A model generated the notes under the pieces. The model saw nothing but the letters and a program-made list of their open reading frames with translations, was not told the DNA's origin and searched no databases. Positions 45,741 through 55,462 of a DNA stretch of 64,000 bases are shown here, piece after piece. Position 1 is the first letter of the stretch; the number at the start of each line of letters is the position of its first letter. The translations under genes were made by a program, and so were the position numbers. Source of the stretch: a virus (lineage: Duplodnaviria > Caudoviricetes); the IMG/VR virus record IMGVR_UViG_3300011444_000011, positions 30,424 through 94,423 of that record; one strand, written 5' to 3'.

Positions 45741-46460
45741 ATGGCTCAAATCGAATTACGTCATGCAACCATTCGGCTCGTCGATGGCTACAGCAACTCG
45801 GCTGCGGTCAACAACGGTGCCGGATACGCGGTGGGTGCCACCACGATGCTGATTGATACGCTGGGCGTCAGCGAAGCGCTGCCGCTTTTGTCGTCTTTCA
45901 ATCTGGCTGGCCACGGTGTCACCTACATCATCACGGCTCGGAGCGGTGGACCGCCCACGACCAGCATCACGTTCACGCCGGGGCTGGAAGCCGCCGTGCT
46001 GGACGACGATGTCATTACCATTGGTGGCCGGACCTTGGAAGTCAAGATCGGGACCGGGAACGTCACCTACAATGAGCAACGTCAGATGACGTATACGCTC
46101 AACCGTGGCGTGCTCGACACCGTCAAGGAAGGCGACGACGTTCCGATGGATGTGGTTCTCGACTTCATCTGGGAATTCCTCACCGCCGTCAGTGGCAGCG
46201 GGACGCCCACGATCGAAGACGTGTTCAAGAAACGCGGCGAAGCCTCGGCCTGGATTTCCAGTTCGAGCGATCTGTGCGAACCGTTCGCAGTTGATATTCA
46301 AATCCAACACGTACCGCCTTGCGGCGGAGAGGAAGTCGAAACGCTCTTGTTCCCCGACTTCCGTTACGAGTCGCTGAACCACAACTTGCGTGACGCCACC
46401 GTGGCCGTCACCGGGAAGTGCAACGCGAAACAGGCAATCGTGAGCCGCGCTGCGGTCTAA
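45741..46460 (+). CDS. tail tube protein 2
   Basis: precedes tail chaperone and tape measure; followed by terminator. Confidence 0.75.
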   Translation: MAQIELRHATIRLVDGYSNSAAVNNGAGYAVGATTMLIDTLGVSEALPLLSSFNLAGHGVTYIITARSGGPPTTSITFTPGLEAAVLDDDVITIGGRTLEVKIGTGNVTYNEQRQMTYTLNRGVLDTVKEGDDVPMDVVLDFIWEFLTAVSGSGTPTIEDVFKKRGEASAWISSSSDLCEPFAVDIQIQHVPPCGGEEVETLLFPDFRYESLNHNLRDATVAVTGKCNAKQAIVSRAAV

Positions 46461-46476
46461 TGTTTGATCCGTCATC

Positions 46477-46520
46477 GGTGGGTTGGTATTGATATCAATA
46501 TCAACCCACCATTTTCTCTT
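46477..46520 (+). terminator. intrinsic terminator containing palindrome copies
   Basis: GGTGGGTTGGTATTGA/TCAATATCAACCCACC then ATTTTCTCTT. Confidence 0.7.
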
Positions 46521-46536
46521 CCCTCCCGAGGACACT

Positions 46537-47013
46537 ATGAAGATTGCAGGTAAAAAGATCGAAGGTCGTAACGTCGAGTTGATTGTTCTTCCCCGTCCGT
46601 TGGGCACGAACATCGCTTTCAAGGCCGAAGCTGTCCTGTCGATGGACCGCTTCAACAAGCTCGTCACCGAACCGCAGCCGCCGCAGCGAATCGTCGCGGG
46701 TGGTGCGAAGGTCGCCAACGTAAATGACGCTGGTTACAAAACCCAGATTCTGGACTTCCAAGCGAAGCGACTCGCTTTCTTGGTTCTGGAATCGCTGAAG
46801 GCGACCGAACAGTTGGAATGGGAAACGGTCAAGGAAGATGACCCCAACACTTGGACGAATTGGGAAAAGGAACTGGCTGATTCCGGTTTCAGTGCCATCG
46901 AGATCGGCCGTATTCGGACGGGTGTGTTCAGTGCGAACTGCCTCAACGAAGCGTTGATCGAGGCGGCGCGTGATTCTTTTCTACAAGGGATGGCGGAGTC
47001 GCCAAAACAATAA
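46537..47013 (+). CDS. tail assembly chaperone (G-like)
   Basis: between tail tube and tape measure; GAGGA SD. Confidence 0.7.
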   Translation: MKIAGKKIEGRNVELIVLPRPLGTNIAFKAEAVLSMDRFNKLVTEPQPPQRIVAGGAKVANVNDAGYKTQILDFQAKRLAFLVLESLKATEQLEWETVKEDDPNTWTNWEKELADSGFSAIEIGRIRTGVFSANCLNEALIEAARDSFLQGMAESPKQ

Positions 47014-47216
47014 GTTGGCCTGCGTACAGGACGGCGGATTACCTAGTCTGGAGCGCTTGCTGCCGAGTAGGTGTCCGCCCGCCCGACATCCCGGAATCGT
47101 GGGACCAAATGACCGAATGGCAACGTGCCCGTGTTATTGCTTTCCACCAAACAGCCGATTATGAACAGCAGAAAGATCAGGCTGCGTTGGCAAAGGCAAT
47201 GATTGGAGCAGGATAA
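46974..47216 (+). CDS. putative -1 frameshift extension (GT-like) of tail chaperone
   Basis: -1 frame open 46974-47216 (WPAYRTADYLVWSACCRVGVRPP..), no early ATG, TAATG-coupled to next gene. Confidence 0.55.
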   Translation, partial: FFSTRDGGVAKTISWPAYRTADYLVWSACCRVGVRPPDIPESWDQMTEWQRARVIAFHQTADYEQQKDQAALAKAMIGAG

Positions 47217-47761
47217 TGCCTATGTTCGGTTCTTATATCTCGATTACGTTTGACGCCGCTCGTGCCACACGTTATGTACAAGGTCGTCTTAGAGATATCT
47301 TGATACAAGGCATGATGGCTTGGGTTGAAGAAGCAAAATCCCGCATACCTGTGTGGAGTGGGGCGTCTCGTGCCTCACTCACACAGATTGCTGGTTTCAT
47401 TGGAGTGCCTGTCTTCGGACCTGGAAAGGGTACGGGCAGCGCTCATAGCAATGAAATCGTGGCAACACGAGCTAAGACCGGCCCGGCAGATGGGCAGGCA
47501 TCCGAAACATTTACTCCACCTGAAATCAACGGCGGCAAGATTTTCATGCGGTGGACGAGCAATCTGGGGCATTTGAATGTGAATGAACGTGTCAATGTGA
47601 ACGACATTCATCATCACTTCAACCTGATTCAGCCGGGGCCATATGAGTTGCGAAAACATTGCAACGATGCGGCCAAACAAATCATGGTTAGTGAGTTGAA
47701 CCGATTTCAATATCGAATTCGGTCATTTATCAATTTTCGTCGGTTCAAGCTAGGGGGATGA
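47216..47761 (+). CDS. neck/tail-completion protein (HK97 gp10-like)
   Basis: AKSRIPVWSGASRAS motif. Confidence 0.5.
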   Translation: MPMFGSYISITFDAARATRYVQGRLRDILIQGMMAWVEEAKSRIPVWSGASRASLTQIAGFIGVPVFGPGKGTGSAHSNEIVATRAKTGPADGQASETFTPPEINGGKIFMRWTSNLGHLNVNERVNVNDIHHHFNLIQPGPYELRKHCNDAAKQIMVSELNRFQYRIRSFINFRRFKLGG

Positions 47762-47762
47762 C

Positions 47763-50700
47763 ATGGCTGACGAAATTGTATCACAACTAGCACTGGATGC
47801 GTCTAAGGTGCTGACGGCGTTTGCTGAACTGCAAGCGGCGATGAATCAGCAATCGCAGACGATCCAGAATCTTGCTCAAGGGATAAAGACGTTCAACTCG
47901 GCCGAAGCTGGCATGGCTCCGGCGATTGACAGTGCCAACAAAGCCTTGTCGGCCCAAGCACAGATCGCAAAAGATACTGCAAATCAATTGCGGGCTGTAT
48001 TCACCGGCCGAATCGACAGCACGGCGACGGTCACTGAAATCAAGAAAGTCAACGACGCTTTCGCCGCTCTTGAGCGCACGCTCACGAGTACGAAAGCCTC
48101 TCCGACGCAAGTCCAGAACATTTTGGGTAACTTGAAGGGTGCTTTCACCGGCCAAGATGCTCAAATTCAGTCCGCTTTGATTGCGGCGAAGACCGCTGCC
48201 GACAATTTGGGCAGTTCAAACGCCGCTTCGACGTTGAAAATCAATCAGGCCGCAATTAAGGGGAAAGCTGATGCGTTGGCCCAAGCCGAAGCCCAAGCCC
48301 TCTCCAAAGCGTCGGAAAGTTCGTCCATTGCGTCCGCGGCCCAACTAAGCAGCCGGTTCAATACTTCTGGGGCTGATTCTGGTGCGTTGAACAGATTTCA
48401 AGCATCAGTTCAGAATTTCCAGCAGGTTGCACAGAAGTCTGGGCTGTCTGGCAGCCAACTTTCGGGCGTGATTAACAACTTGGGACAGACTTTTAGCGGT
48501 GCGCAAGGCCGTGTGGCTCAAGCAGCGCTTCAGGTTCAGAAGTTCGGCGGGGCGTTGCAGGGCGTACAGACCACAGCCAGTGGTTTCGGTGCGAATCTTC
48601 AATCGCTCGTCAAAGTCTTCACGTTCCAGCAAGCGTTACAGGGTTTGGGAGCGCTTCAGAACGCTTTCAGCAGTTCAATCGGAAACGCGATCACTTTCGA
48701 GCGTGCGATTGCTCAAGTTTCGACAATCAGCGGCGAAGGTGACAAAAATATCGACACTTTGGCCGTGAAGGTGAACCTTCTGGCTAATGAATTCGGTAAA
48801 AATAACGTCGAAACGGCCACTGGTCTGTACCATGCCTTCTCGAATCAGGTCGGAGATAGCGCTCAAACGGTGCAATTCTTCTCCGAAGCGTTGAAGTTCA
48901 GCAAGGCGGCGGTTACTGACGTGAGTAGCTCGGTTGACGCCTTGTCAGCCGTGCAGAATGCTTACGGCCAGTCTTCGTCATCTGCAAGCCATAATGCGGA
49001 CGTTTTGTTCCGCACGATTGACTTAGGTCGCGTTAGCGCTAAGGAACTCGGTGATAGTTTCGGTCGAATCTTGCCAATTGCAGCCCAGTTGGGCGTCAGT
49101 TTGGAAGAAGTTTCGGCTGCAATCAGCACCGCGACGGTCCAGGGCGTTAAATTCCAAGATGCACAAACTCAAATCCTGAACTTGCTGGTTGCCGCGTTGA
49201 AGCCAACGGGCGACCTGAAAAAGCAGATGGATTCGTTGGGTTTCGCATCGACGAATGCAGGAATCGCGGCTGAAGGATTCATCGGATTCTTCTCAAAAAT
49301 CGCCGAAGGATCAAAGACTTCTGAAGAATTGGCGAAATTGTTTCCCAATATCAGAGGTTTGCGGGGCGAATTGAGCCTTTTTGGAGACTCCGGTAAGCGT
49401 CTGACAGACTTCTTGCAGCAGACGACCGACTCGGCCGGTGCCGCACAGAAGGCATTCGATACGATTCAGTTCAGCAACGCCGAGAAGGTCTCGAACGAGT
49501 TGAACCGTATTCAAAATCAAATTACCCAGGGCTTCGGACGCGACGTAGTGGCTGTTTTGGCTACCGTCAACGATGCTTTTGGTGGTGTGGCCGACAAAGT
49601 TGTGTTCTTGGGAGAGGCTTTGGCACTCGCTTTTGGCAGTGCTGTCTTCCTCGGTGCAGCTAATCAGCTACTTTCGATATTGGTATCAGTTGGTGGTGCA
49701 TTCGGCGTCGCAACTACTGCGGCAACTGGGTTTGGTGTTGGTCTTTTGGCTGTTGGCGCTATCGCCGTCGCTGCCTACAAGCTGCTCCAACCGCCAGATT
49801 TCGCTTCTAAGTTCGACGAAAATGTCGCAAAAATGCAGATTTCGGCTGCGAAACTCGCAACTGATACTGCAAATCAAGTTCGGGATGCAAACAAGGGTGT
49901 ACAGGATTCTCTGAATACACAAGTGCAATCGCTGCTGCAAGTCTCGCAGCAGAAGCAAGCCGCTTTGAATAATGCTTTCTCGCAAGCCGCAAGTATTGAG
50001 GCTGCGACGACTTCAAACTTCAAGACGGAAGTGAACCAACGGCTTCGGGCTTATACGCAATTTCTATCCGCAATCGAAGATTTGCAGAACAAGGCTGCAA
50101 CTCACGCGGTCGAAGTTGCCACCAAGCAGGCCCAGTTCACGCAGAGCATTCAGGACACTCGCTTCCAGAACAAATTCGATAATGCAACGGCCAGCCAGCA
50201 AACGACTCTGCTCAACCAGCAAATCAACAAGCTGTTGACGAAGTCGAGTGTTTCACAAGCCGCCGGCAACACGACGTTCGCCGAACAAGAAATCGAAAAA
50301 GCCAAGGAATTGGCCCTGCAATTCGAGAAAATCACCGGCAACCGCACTTTGACTTCCAAAGTCGAACAGGCGTATACCGCGTTTCTCGCCGCGCAGACCG
50401 ATCAATTGAACAAGCAGGTAGCCGTTGCGAAAGAATTGCAATCGACTAATACTGCCAACGTCGAAGAAGCCCGAACCCAACTCGAACTCGCTTTGAATTT
50501 GGATGGACAGCTTCAGAAGATCGGAAAAGAGAAAGGATTCAATTCGCCAGAAGCCCTCGCCGTCATTACGCAGATTCAAGCAGCACTGACGAAAGCCGAT
50601 GCTGCACAAGGCAAATTGAATGCCGGTCTTGGTAATGTCGGCAAGAATGCAAGTAGTTCTCAAATCCAAACTGCAATTGACGCCCTCAAGAAAGTGACCA

Positions 50701-52154
50701 ACGGGCCTCCGCTCAACGTCACGTTCACGACGGGACTTGATAAATTTCGTGCTGAAGTTCAGAAACAGTTGGATGCACAGCCATTCGCAGCTTCATTGAA
50801 GTTGACGATTGATTCCGCCAACACTCAAGCACTTCAGAACGAAATCGCTAAATTGGCTAAGACGGCCAACGCGGGCCTGGAGAAGCAAACTGCTGTCCCA
50901 GGTGCAATTGATGCTTTTGATACCAGTATCAAAGCGATCAATGAAGGCATCACCCAGTTCAAGAATCAACTGAATGATGCGGCTGGCAAGGCCAAGCTGT
51001 CCGAACTAATAAATCCTCTACCGATCTTCGGTGGGACGTTCGGCGGTAACGTCAACAACCTCAAGGCAATCGACGAGGAACAGAAGAAAGCGGTTGCCAA
51101 CCTTGACGCGACTCAAGCGAAGATCAAGGATGTTTTCACTGATCCTACTAGCTTCAATGAGTTTGGACGGCTGACGGCTGACGCCTTCAAGAAGATTGAG
51201 GTTCAACTTCAACCGTTCAAGAATCTGATTGAGAAAGCCGCTGCGCCAGATGCTTCGGCAACTGACAAAGCCTTCGGTCAAATCTCGCAACGCATCGTTG
51301 ATGCGACGAAGCAGGCTTCGATACTCAAGCAGACCTTCTCTGATATATCGGCAGGAATCGAGGCCGGTGGAGAGGCTCAAAAGAAATTGAACGATCTTAG
51401 TACGCCTGACAAGCAGACTAAGATACAAACACCAAATGATGTGATTGACAAGATCACACCCGATAAGAATGCTCTCCAGTCGAAAGAACAACTGCGTGAT
51501 ATCGAGAAGGAATTGCAAAACGCAATCGACACCACTGGGAAAGATGCCCAGGCCAGTGCTGATTCGCAAATCCAATCCACTCAAAATGTCACGTCTTCAG
51601 TTGAAGTTTTGAACGGAGCAATTGTTAGTACCGAATTCCCTGTTGCTCAATTGACCGAGAGATTTGGCTTACTCGGACAAGACGCTCTTGTCGCTTCCGA
51701 AGATACTGTCTCTGGTCTTAATTTGATTGGTATTACCGCTATCGAACAGATCGGCGGGGTTGCTGCTCTTACAGAAGCCCTGTTCAGAATGGCCGAAGCA
51801 TCTGCTGCGGCAAGTGGTGGCGGTGGTGGTGGCGGGGGTGAGTTCGCTTCTCGTGGTGCATTCATACAACACTTTGCTCAAGGTGGCTTGGCTCGCGGTA
51901 GAGATACCATCCCTGCCATGCTGTCGCCCGGTGAAGTTGTTGTAGCGCCTGGCCCGAGTCGCAAGTTCTTCTCCCAATTGATGGCGATGAACGCGGGAGT
52001 TCAACCATCATTTCGTTCTAATGGTGGTACAGTCGGGGATACGTTCGGTGATATTAACGTCAATATCCACTCGAACGGTCCAAGTGACATCAACGCCCGA
52101 GCTATCGCACAGGGCATTCAGCGCGAATTGCGCAGAGGCAGCATCAGGAGATAA
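47763..52154 (+). CDS. tape measure protein
   Basis: 1463 aa, Ala/Gln/Ser-rich helical, TP901-like core, TM region, C-terminal FAQGG..DTIPAMLSPGEVVV. Confidence 0.92.
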   Translation: MADEIVSQLALDASKVLTAFAELQAAMNQQSQTIQNLAQGIKTFNSAEAGMAPAIDSANKALSAQAQIAKDTANQLRAVFTGRIDSTATVTEIKKVNDAFAALERTLTSTKASPTQVQNILGNLKGAFTGQDAQIQSALIAAKTAADNLGSSNAASTLKINQAAIKGKADALAQAEAQALSKASESSSIASAAQLSSRFNTSGADSGALNRFQASVQNFQQVAQKSGLSGSQLSGVINNLGQTFSGAQGRVAQAALQVQKFGGALQGVQTTASGFGANLQSLVKVFTFQQALQGLGALQNAFSSSIGNAITFERAIAQVSTISGEGDKNIDTLAVKVNLLANEFGKNNVETATGLYHAFSNQVGDSAQTVQFFSEALKFSKAAVTDVSSSVDALSAVQNAYGQSSSSASHNADVLFRTIDLGRVSAKELGDSFGRILPIAAQLGVSLEEVSAAISTATVQGVKFQDAQTQILNLLVAALKPTGDLKKQMDSLGFASTNAGIAAEGFIGFFSKIAEGSKTSEELAKLFPNIRGLRGELSLFGDSGKRLTDFLQQTTDSAGAAQKAFDTIQFSNAEKVSNELNRIQNQITQGFGRDVVAVLATVNDAFGGVADKVVFLGEALALAFGSAVFLGAANQLLSILVSVGGAFGVATTAATGFGVGLLAVGAIAVAAYKLLQPPDFASKFDENVAKMQISAAKLATDTANQVRDANKGVQDSLNTQVQSLLQVSQQKQAALNNAFSQAASIEAATTSNFKTEVNQRLRAYTQFLSAIEDLQNKAATHAVEVATKQAQFTQSIQDTRFQNKFDNATASQQTTLLNQQINKLLTKSSVSQAAGNTTFAEQEIEKAKELALQFEKITGNRTLTSKVEQAYTAFLAAQTDQLNKQVAVAKELQSTNTANVEEARTQLELALNLDGQLQKIGKEKGFNSPEALAVITQIQAALTKADAAQGKLNAGLGNVGKNASSSQIQTAIDALKKVTNGPPLNVTFTTGLDKFRAEVQKQLDAQPFAASLKLTIDSANTQALQNEIAKLAKTANAGLEKQTAVPGAIDAFDTSIKAINEGITQFKNQLNDAAGKAKLSELINPLPIFGGTFGGNVNNLKAIDEEQKKAVANLDATQAKIKDVFTDPTSFNEFGRLTADAFKKIEVQLQPFKNLIEKAAAPDASATDKAFGQISQRIVDATKQASILKQTFSDISAGIEAGGEAQKKLNDLSTPDKQTKIQTPNDVIDKITPDKNALQSKEQLRDIEKELQNAIDTTGKDAQASADSQIQSTQNVTSSVEVLNGAIVSTEFPVAQLTERFGLLGQDALVASEDTVSGLNLIGITAIEQIGGVAALTEALFRMAEASAAASGGGGGGGGEFASRGAFIQHFAQGGLARGRDTIPAMLSPGEVVVAPGPSRKFFSQLMAMNAGVQPSFRSNGGTVGDTFGDINVNIHSNGPSDINARAIAQGIQRELRRGSIRR

Positions 52155-52156
52155 CG

Positions 52157-52705
52157 ATGAAGATTTTCAGAAAAGTCGGAGAATGGTTCGCCAATTTCCT
52201 CGCCAAGCGTGGCATTTGTGCCAGCCCGTTCTTGCTGAAAGGCAAGTGGGTCATGGAAGTCATGCGTGCCGGCGTGGTCATTGCAACAATGGCGTTCCCG
52301 AACGGCATCACGGATGTGGGCTTGAACCACATCCTTGAAACCGAGTTCCACAGTGGAACCCCGGTCACGACTTGGTACATCGGTATCGTTGACAACGCCA
52401 GCTTCTCGGCGTTCGCCAACGGTGACACGATGGCCAGCCATGCCGGCTGGATCGAGAGCACCGCTTATTCGGAATCTGTGCGGCAGACGTGGGGTGCTGG
52501 TACGGCCTCGGCCCGATCCATCACCAATGCGTCGGCTGCGACGTTCAGTATCAACGGGTCGGCAACGCTGAAAGGCATTTTCGTCACGTCGAACAGCACG
52601 AAGTCCGGTACGACCGGAACGCTGTGGAGCACCGCCGCCTTCGCTACGACGGTTGCGGTCATCAACGGTGACTCGGTGAAAGTCACTTACACCGTCTCTG
52701 GATGA
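52157..52705 (+). CDS. tail/baseplate-associated protein
   Basis: after TMP; NGITDVGLNHIL, WYIGI, VAVINGDSVKVTY. Confidence 0.65.
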   Translation: MKIFRKVGEWFANFLAKRGICASPFLLKGKWVMEVMRAGVVIATMAFPNGITDVGLNHILETEFHSGTPVTTWYIGIVDNASFSAFANGDTMASHAGWIESTAYSESVRQTWGAGTASARSITNASAATFSINGSATLKGIFVTSNSTKSGTTGTLWSTAAFATTVAVINGDSVKVTYTVSG

Positions 52706-52734
52706 TCGAAGTCCTGGTTGATATCAGTATCAAA

Positions 52735-52767
52735 AGCCGGGCAGGTTCGCCCTGCCCGGCTATTTTC
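52735..52767 (+). terminator. intrinsic terminator immediately after palindrome
   Basis: AGCCGGGCAGG/CCTGCCCGGCT + ATTTTC. Confidence 0.7.
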
Positions 52768-52783
52768 AATTGAGGGAAAAGAC

Positions 52784-53323
52784 ATGGGATATCCTACACA
52801 ACCACACATTGACGACGTAAAGACAAAGGCAGAAGCGGCTTCAACGGCTGCGGCTGCGGTCAAGGCAGCATGGAACGCACTTGTCACTGCCAATGAGACA
52901 CTGGCACAAGCAACCGCTGATGCGTTGACAGCGGACATTGAATTGAAGGCTGCGGCTTTCTATTCTGTTACATCATCGAACGTAGCCGATATGACTAATG
53001 CTCAATCGGAAATTGATGCCGAGCGGCATAACGTACCGAATAGTGGTCTTTTTGGTGACAACTCTGGACCATTGCCATACGTTCCCAATGTCACTGCTGC
53101 CTCGCTTGCAGATATTGAAGTTGAGTATTTCAATCTTGTGGCAAGCCGAATGGATCGCTTAACAACTCTCTTAGCCGCCAAGACTGCCGCCGATACGGCC
53201 GTTACCGCTGCCACGAGCGATCAAGCAACCAAAGATTCCGATTGGGTGACTGCAATCGGTGTGCATGATTCGGCAACAGGTGATCTGGCCACTGCAATGG
53301 CTACACTTCGATCCGACATTTGA
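52784..53323 (+). CDS. Ala/Thr-rich helical virion protein
   Basis: GAGGG SD. Confidence 0.6.
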   Translation: MGYPTQPHIDDVKTKAEAASTAAAAVKAAWNALVTANETLAQATADALTADIELKAAAFYSVTSSNVADMTNAQSEIDAERHNVPNSGLFGDNSGPLPYVPNVTAASLADIEVEYFNLVASRMDRLTTLLAAKTAADTAVTAATSDQATKDSDWVTAIGVHDSATGDLATAMATLRSDI

Positions 53324-53334
53324 TATCAGTATCA

Positions 53335-53367
53335 AACCGGGCAGGTTCGCCTGCCCGGTTCTTTCTT
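53335..53367 (+). terminator. intrinsic terminator immediately after palindrome
   Basis: AACCGGGCAGG-TTCG-CCTGCCCGGTT + CTTTC. Confidence 0.7.
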
Positions 53368-53378
53368 ACAGGTGCAAC

Positions 53379-54413
53379 ATGGCTTTGAAATGGATCGACG
53401 GGTTTGAAAGCTATGGTGTTACTAATGGTAATTCGGCGGTTGGGGTGGCAAGCAAATACACGAGTAGCGGCGGCACACTTACAATAAGGGCAGGACGGTT
53501 GGGTGGTCATGCACTAAGTCTTAGCGGTAGTCAAACGCTTTCGACTCCTGTGTTCGCGGCAAATGATACTTGGATCGTTGGTTTCGCATTTTTCTATGTT
53601 CATGTCGCGGCTACCGAACAGCAGATTATGCTGTTCAAAGATGGAGCAACGAACCAATGTTCCTTATACTTACTTCCAACCGGAGAATTGAAATTCTACC
53701 GAAGCGATCAGGGTAGCAACCTTGGCATTTCAAGTGGTGCCAGAATCAGATCAGGGGTGTGGAACTACATTGAAGTTAAAGTCAAAATAAGCACCACAAC
53801 CGGCACAGTTGATATTCATGTGAACGGTGTCAGTGTTCTATCCCTGACTAGCAAGAACACCGATCAAGGTGCAAGTAGTCAGGCTACCAAGATCGCTTTA
53901 GGAGCGAGTTCTGCTGGGTCAGACCAATTCACCTTCGATGACTACTACGTCTGTGATAAGTCTGGCTCGAACAACACGACGTTCCTCGGCCCGCAGAAAG
54001 TTACGACAATCTTCCCGACTGGTGACAACGGTACGAATCAGTACGCTGCTACCGGGGCAGGAACTACGCACGCAGACCGTGTGAAAGAGAATCCTTACGA
54101 CAGCAGCACGACGTATGTGTCTGACTCGACAAGCGGCGATACAGAAGAATGGGACTACGCAAACACAGGTTCTGAAGTCACCAGTATCAAAGGCGTGCAG
54201 ATGAATACGGTCTTTGAGACTGATAGCGCTTCTGCTTTCAGTATCAAAAACCATGTGAATAGCGGCGGGACAAGTTCGGATGATGCCGGAACTGCCGGTG
54301 TCAATGGGACATATAACACGTCTCCGCGTCTGGTTGAGACTGATCCGAACACATCGGCACTGTGGACTAAAACGAATCTGGACGCTTCTCTCTTTGGGGT
54401 GAAAACGGTGTAA
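53379..54413 (+). CDS. lectin/LamG-like beta-sandwich tail protein 1 (candidate receptor binding)
   Basis: MAL.WI.GFES.G; WNYIEVKV..G..DI.VNG..VL; FDD.YV.D. Confidence 0.65.
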   Translation: MALKWIDGFESYGVTNGNSAVGVASKYTSSGGTLTIRAGRLGGHALSLSGSQTLSTPVFAANDTWIVGFAFFYVHVAATEQQIMLFKDGATNQCSLYLLPTGELKFYRSDQGSNLGISSGARIRSGVWNYIEVKVKISTTTGTVDIHVNGVSVLSLTSKNTDQGASSQATKIALGASSAGSDQFTFDDYYVCDKSGSNNTTFLGPQKVTTIFPTGDNGTNQYAATGAGTTHADRVKENPYDSSTTYVSDSTSGDTEEWDYANTGSEVTSIKGVQMNTVFETDSASAFSIKNHVNSGGTSSDDAGTAGVNGTYNTSPRLVETDPNTSALWTKTNLDASLFGVKTV

Positions 54414-54414
54414 T

Positions 54415-55458
54415 ATGGCACTCCTATGGATCGAAGGGTTTGAGTCTTTTGGTGTAACCAACGGGAATGCTCCCGTTGGTCTGAAACAAAAATATGACAA
54501 TGCTACTGATGATTCGAGCATCGGCTCTGTTCAAGCAGGTCGAACATCTGGTCATTCTCTTAGGATGATCGGGGGTGGAACTATACTCGGTAAGACGATT
54601 TCCACCGGAACTTCCACGCTAATTGTTGGATTTGGGTTTTACATTGACGCTTTCAGCAGCAATGCTAACGGTCAAATCTTTCAATTCTGGGATGGAGCTT
54701 CGGAGCAAGGGGCGCTTGAGTTACAAACGAGTGGCCTTTGGAAATACTATCGAAGGAACAATAGTACAACCGCATTAGGCACATCAAGTGGTATTGCCAT
54801 CACAACTGCAACGTGGTTCTATGTTGAATTGAAAGTGACGTTTCACAGTTCGGCTGGAACTGTTGATATTTGGGTAAACGGAACCAGTGTGCTTAGTCTG
54901 ACTGGTCAGAACACCAGTAATAGCGGTAATGCTCAAGCCACTACTGTCGTGTGGGAAGGCAGTCTTGGTGGTTCAGACCATACAACTTTTGACGATATCT
55001 ATGTTCTTGATACGACCGGCTCACTTAACAACGCAGTGTTGGGTGCCCAGGTCGTGAAGATGATTGTACCTGCATCAGATGCAGGTACAAACGCTTATAC
55101 GCCCGACAGCGGGACAAATCACTGGGATCGACTGACCGAGAATCCACAAGATACAACGACCTATCTTTCTGATGACACCACGGGCCACCGTGAACTCTTC
55201 GGGATGGGTTCGCTGGCCATCGGATCGGTACTTGGCCTTCAAGTCAACCTTGTGGCAGCGGTTACTGACAATACGGTGTACAGTATCAAACACTCGTCGC
55301 ATACGTCGGGCGGTACTGATACCGACCAAGCGGCTGTGACGACTGGTGATGCAAACTACCAGACGGTCAGCAACGTGATGCAGACGAACCCACAGACAAG
55401 TGCCCAGTGGGCGGTTTCAGAAGTCAACGCGGCTCAATTCGGTTTCAAGACAGGGTAA
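54415..55458 (+). CDS. lectin/LamG-like beta-sandwich tail protein 2 (paralog)
   Basis: collinear with 53379-54413. Confidence 0.65.
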   Translation: MALLWIEGFESFGVTNGNAPVGLKQKYDNATDDSSIGSVQAGRTSGHSLRMIGGGTILGKTISTGTSTLIVGFGFYIDAFSSNANGQIFQFWDGASEQGALELQTSGLWKYYRRNNSTTALGTSSGIAITTATWFYVELKVTFHSSAGTVDIWVNGTSVLSLTGQNTSNSGNAQATTVVWEGSLGGSDHTTFDDIYVLDTTGSLNNAVLGAQVVKMIVPASDAGTNAYTPDSGTNHWDRLTENPQDTTTYLSDDTTGHRELFGMGSLAIGSVLGLQVNLVAAVTDNTVYSIKHSSHTSGGTDTDQAAVTTGDANYQTVSNVMQTNPQTSAQWAVSEVNAAQFGFKTG

Positions 55459-55462
55459 CATC

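Noticed and set aside
53379-55458. Diversity-generating retroelement acting on the paralogous tail genes
   Set aside because: No reverse transcriptase and no adenine-specific TR/VR pair seen; the paralogs diverge throughout.
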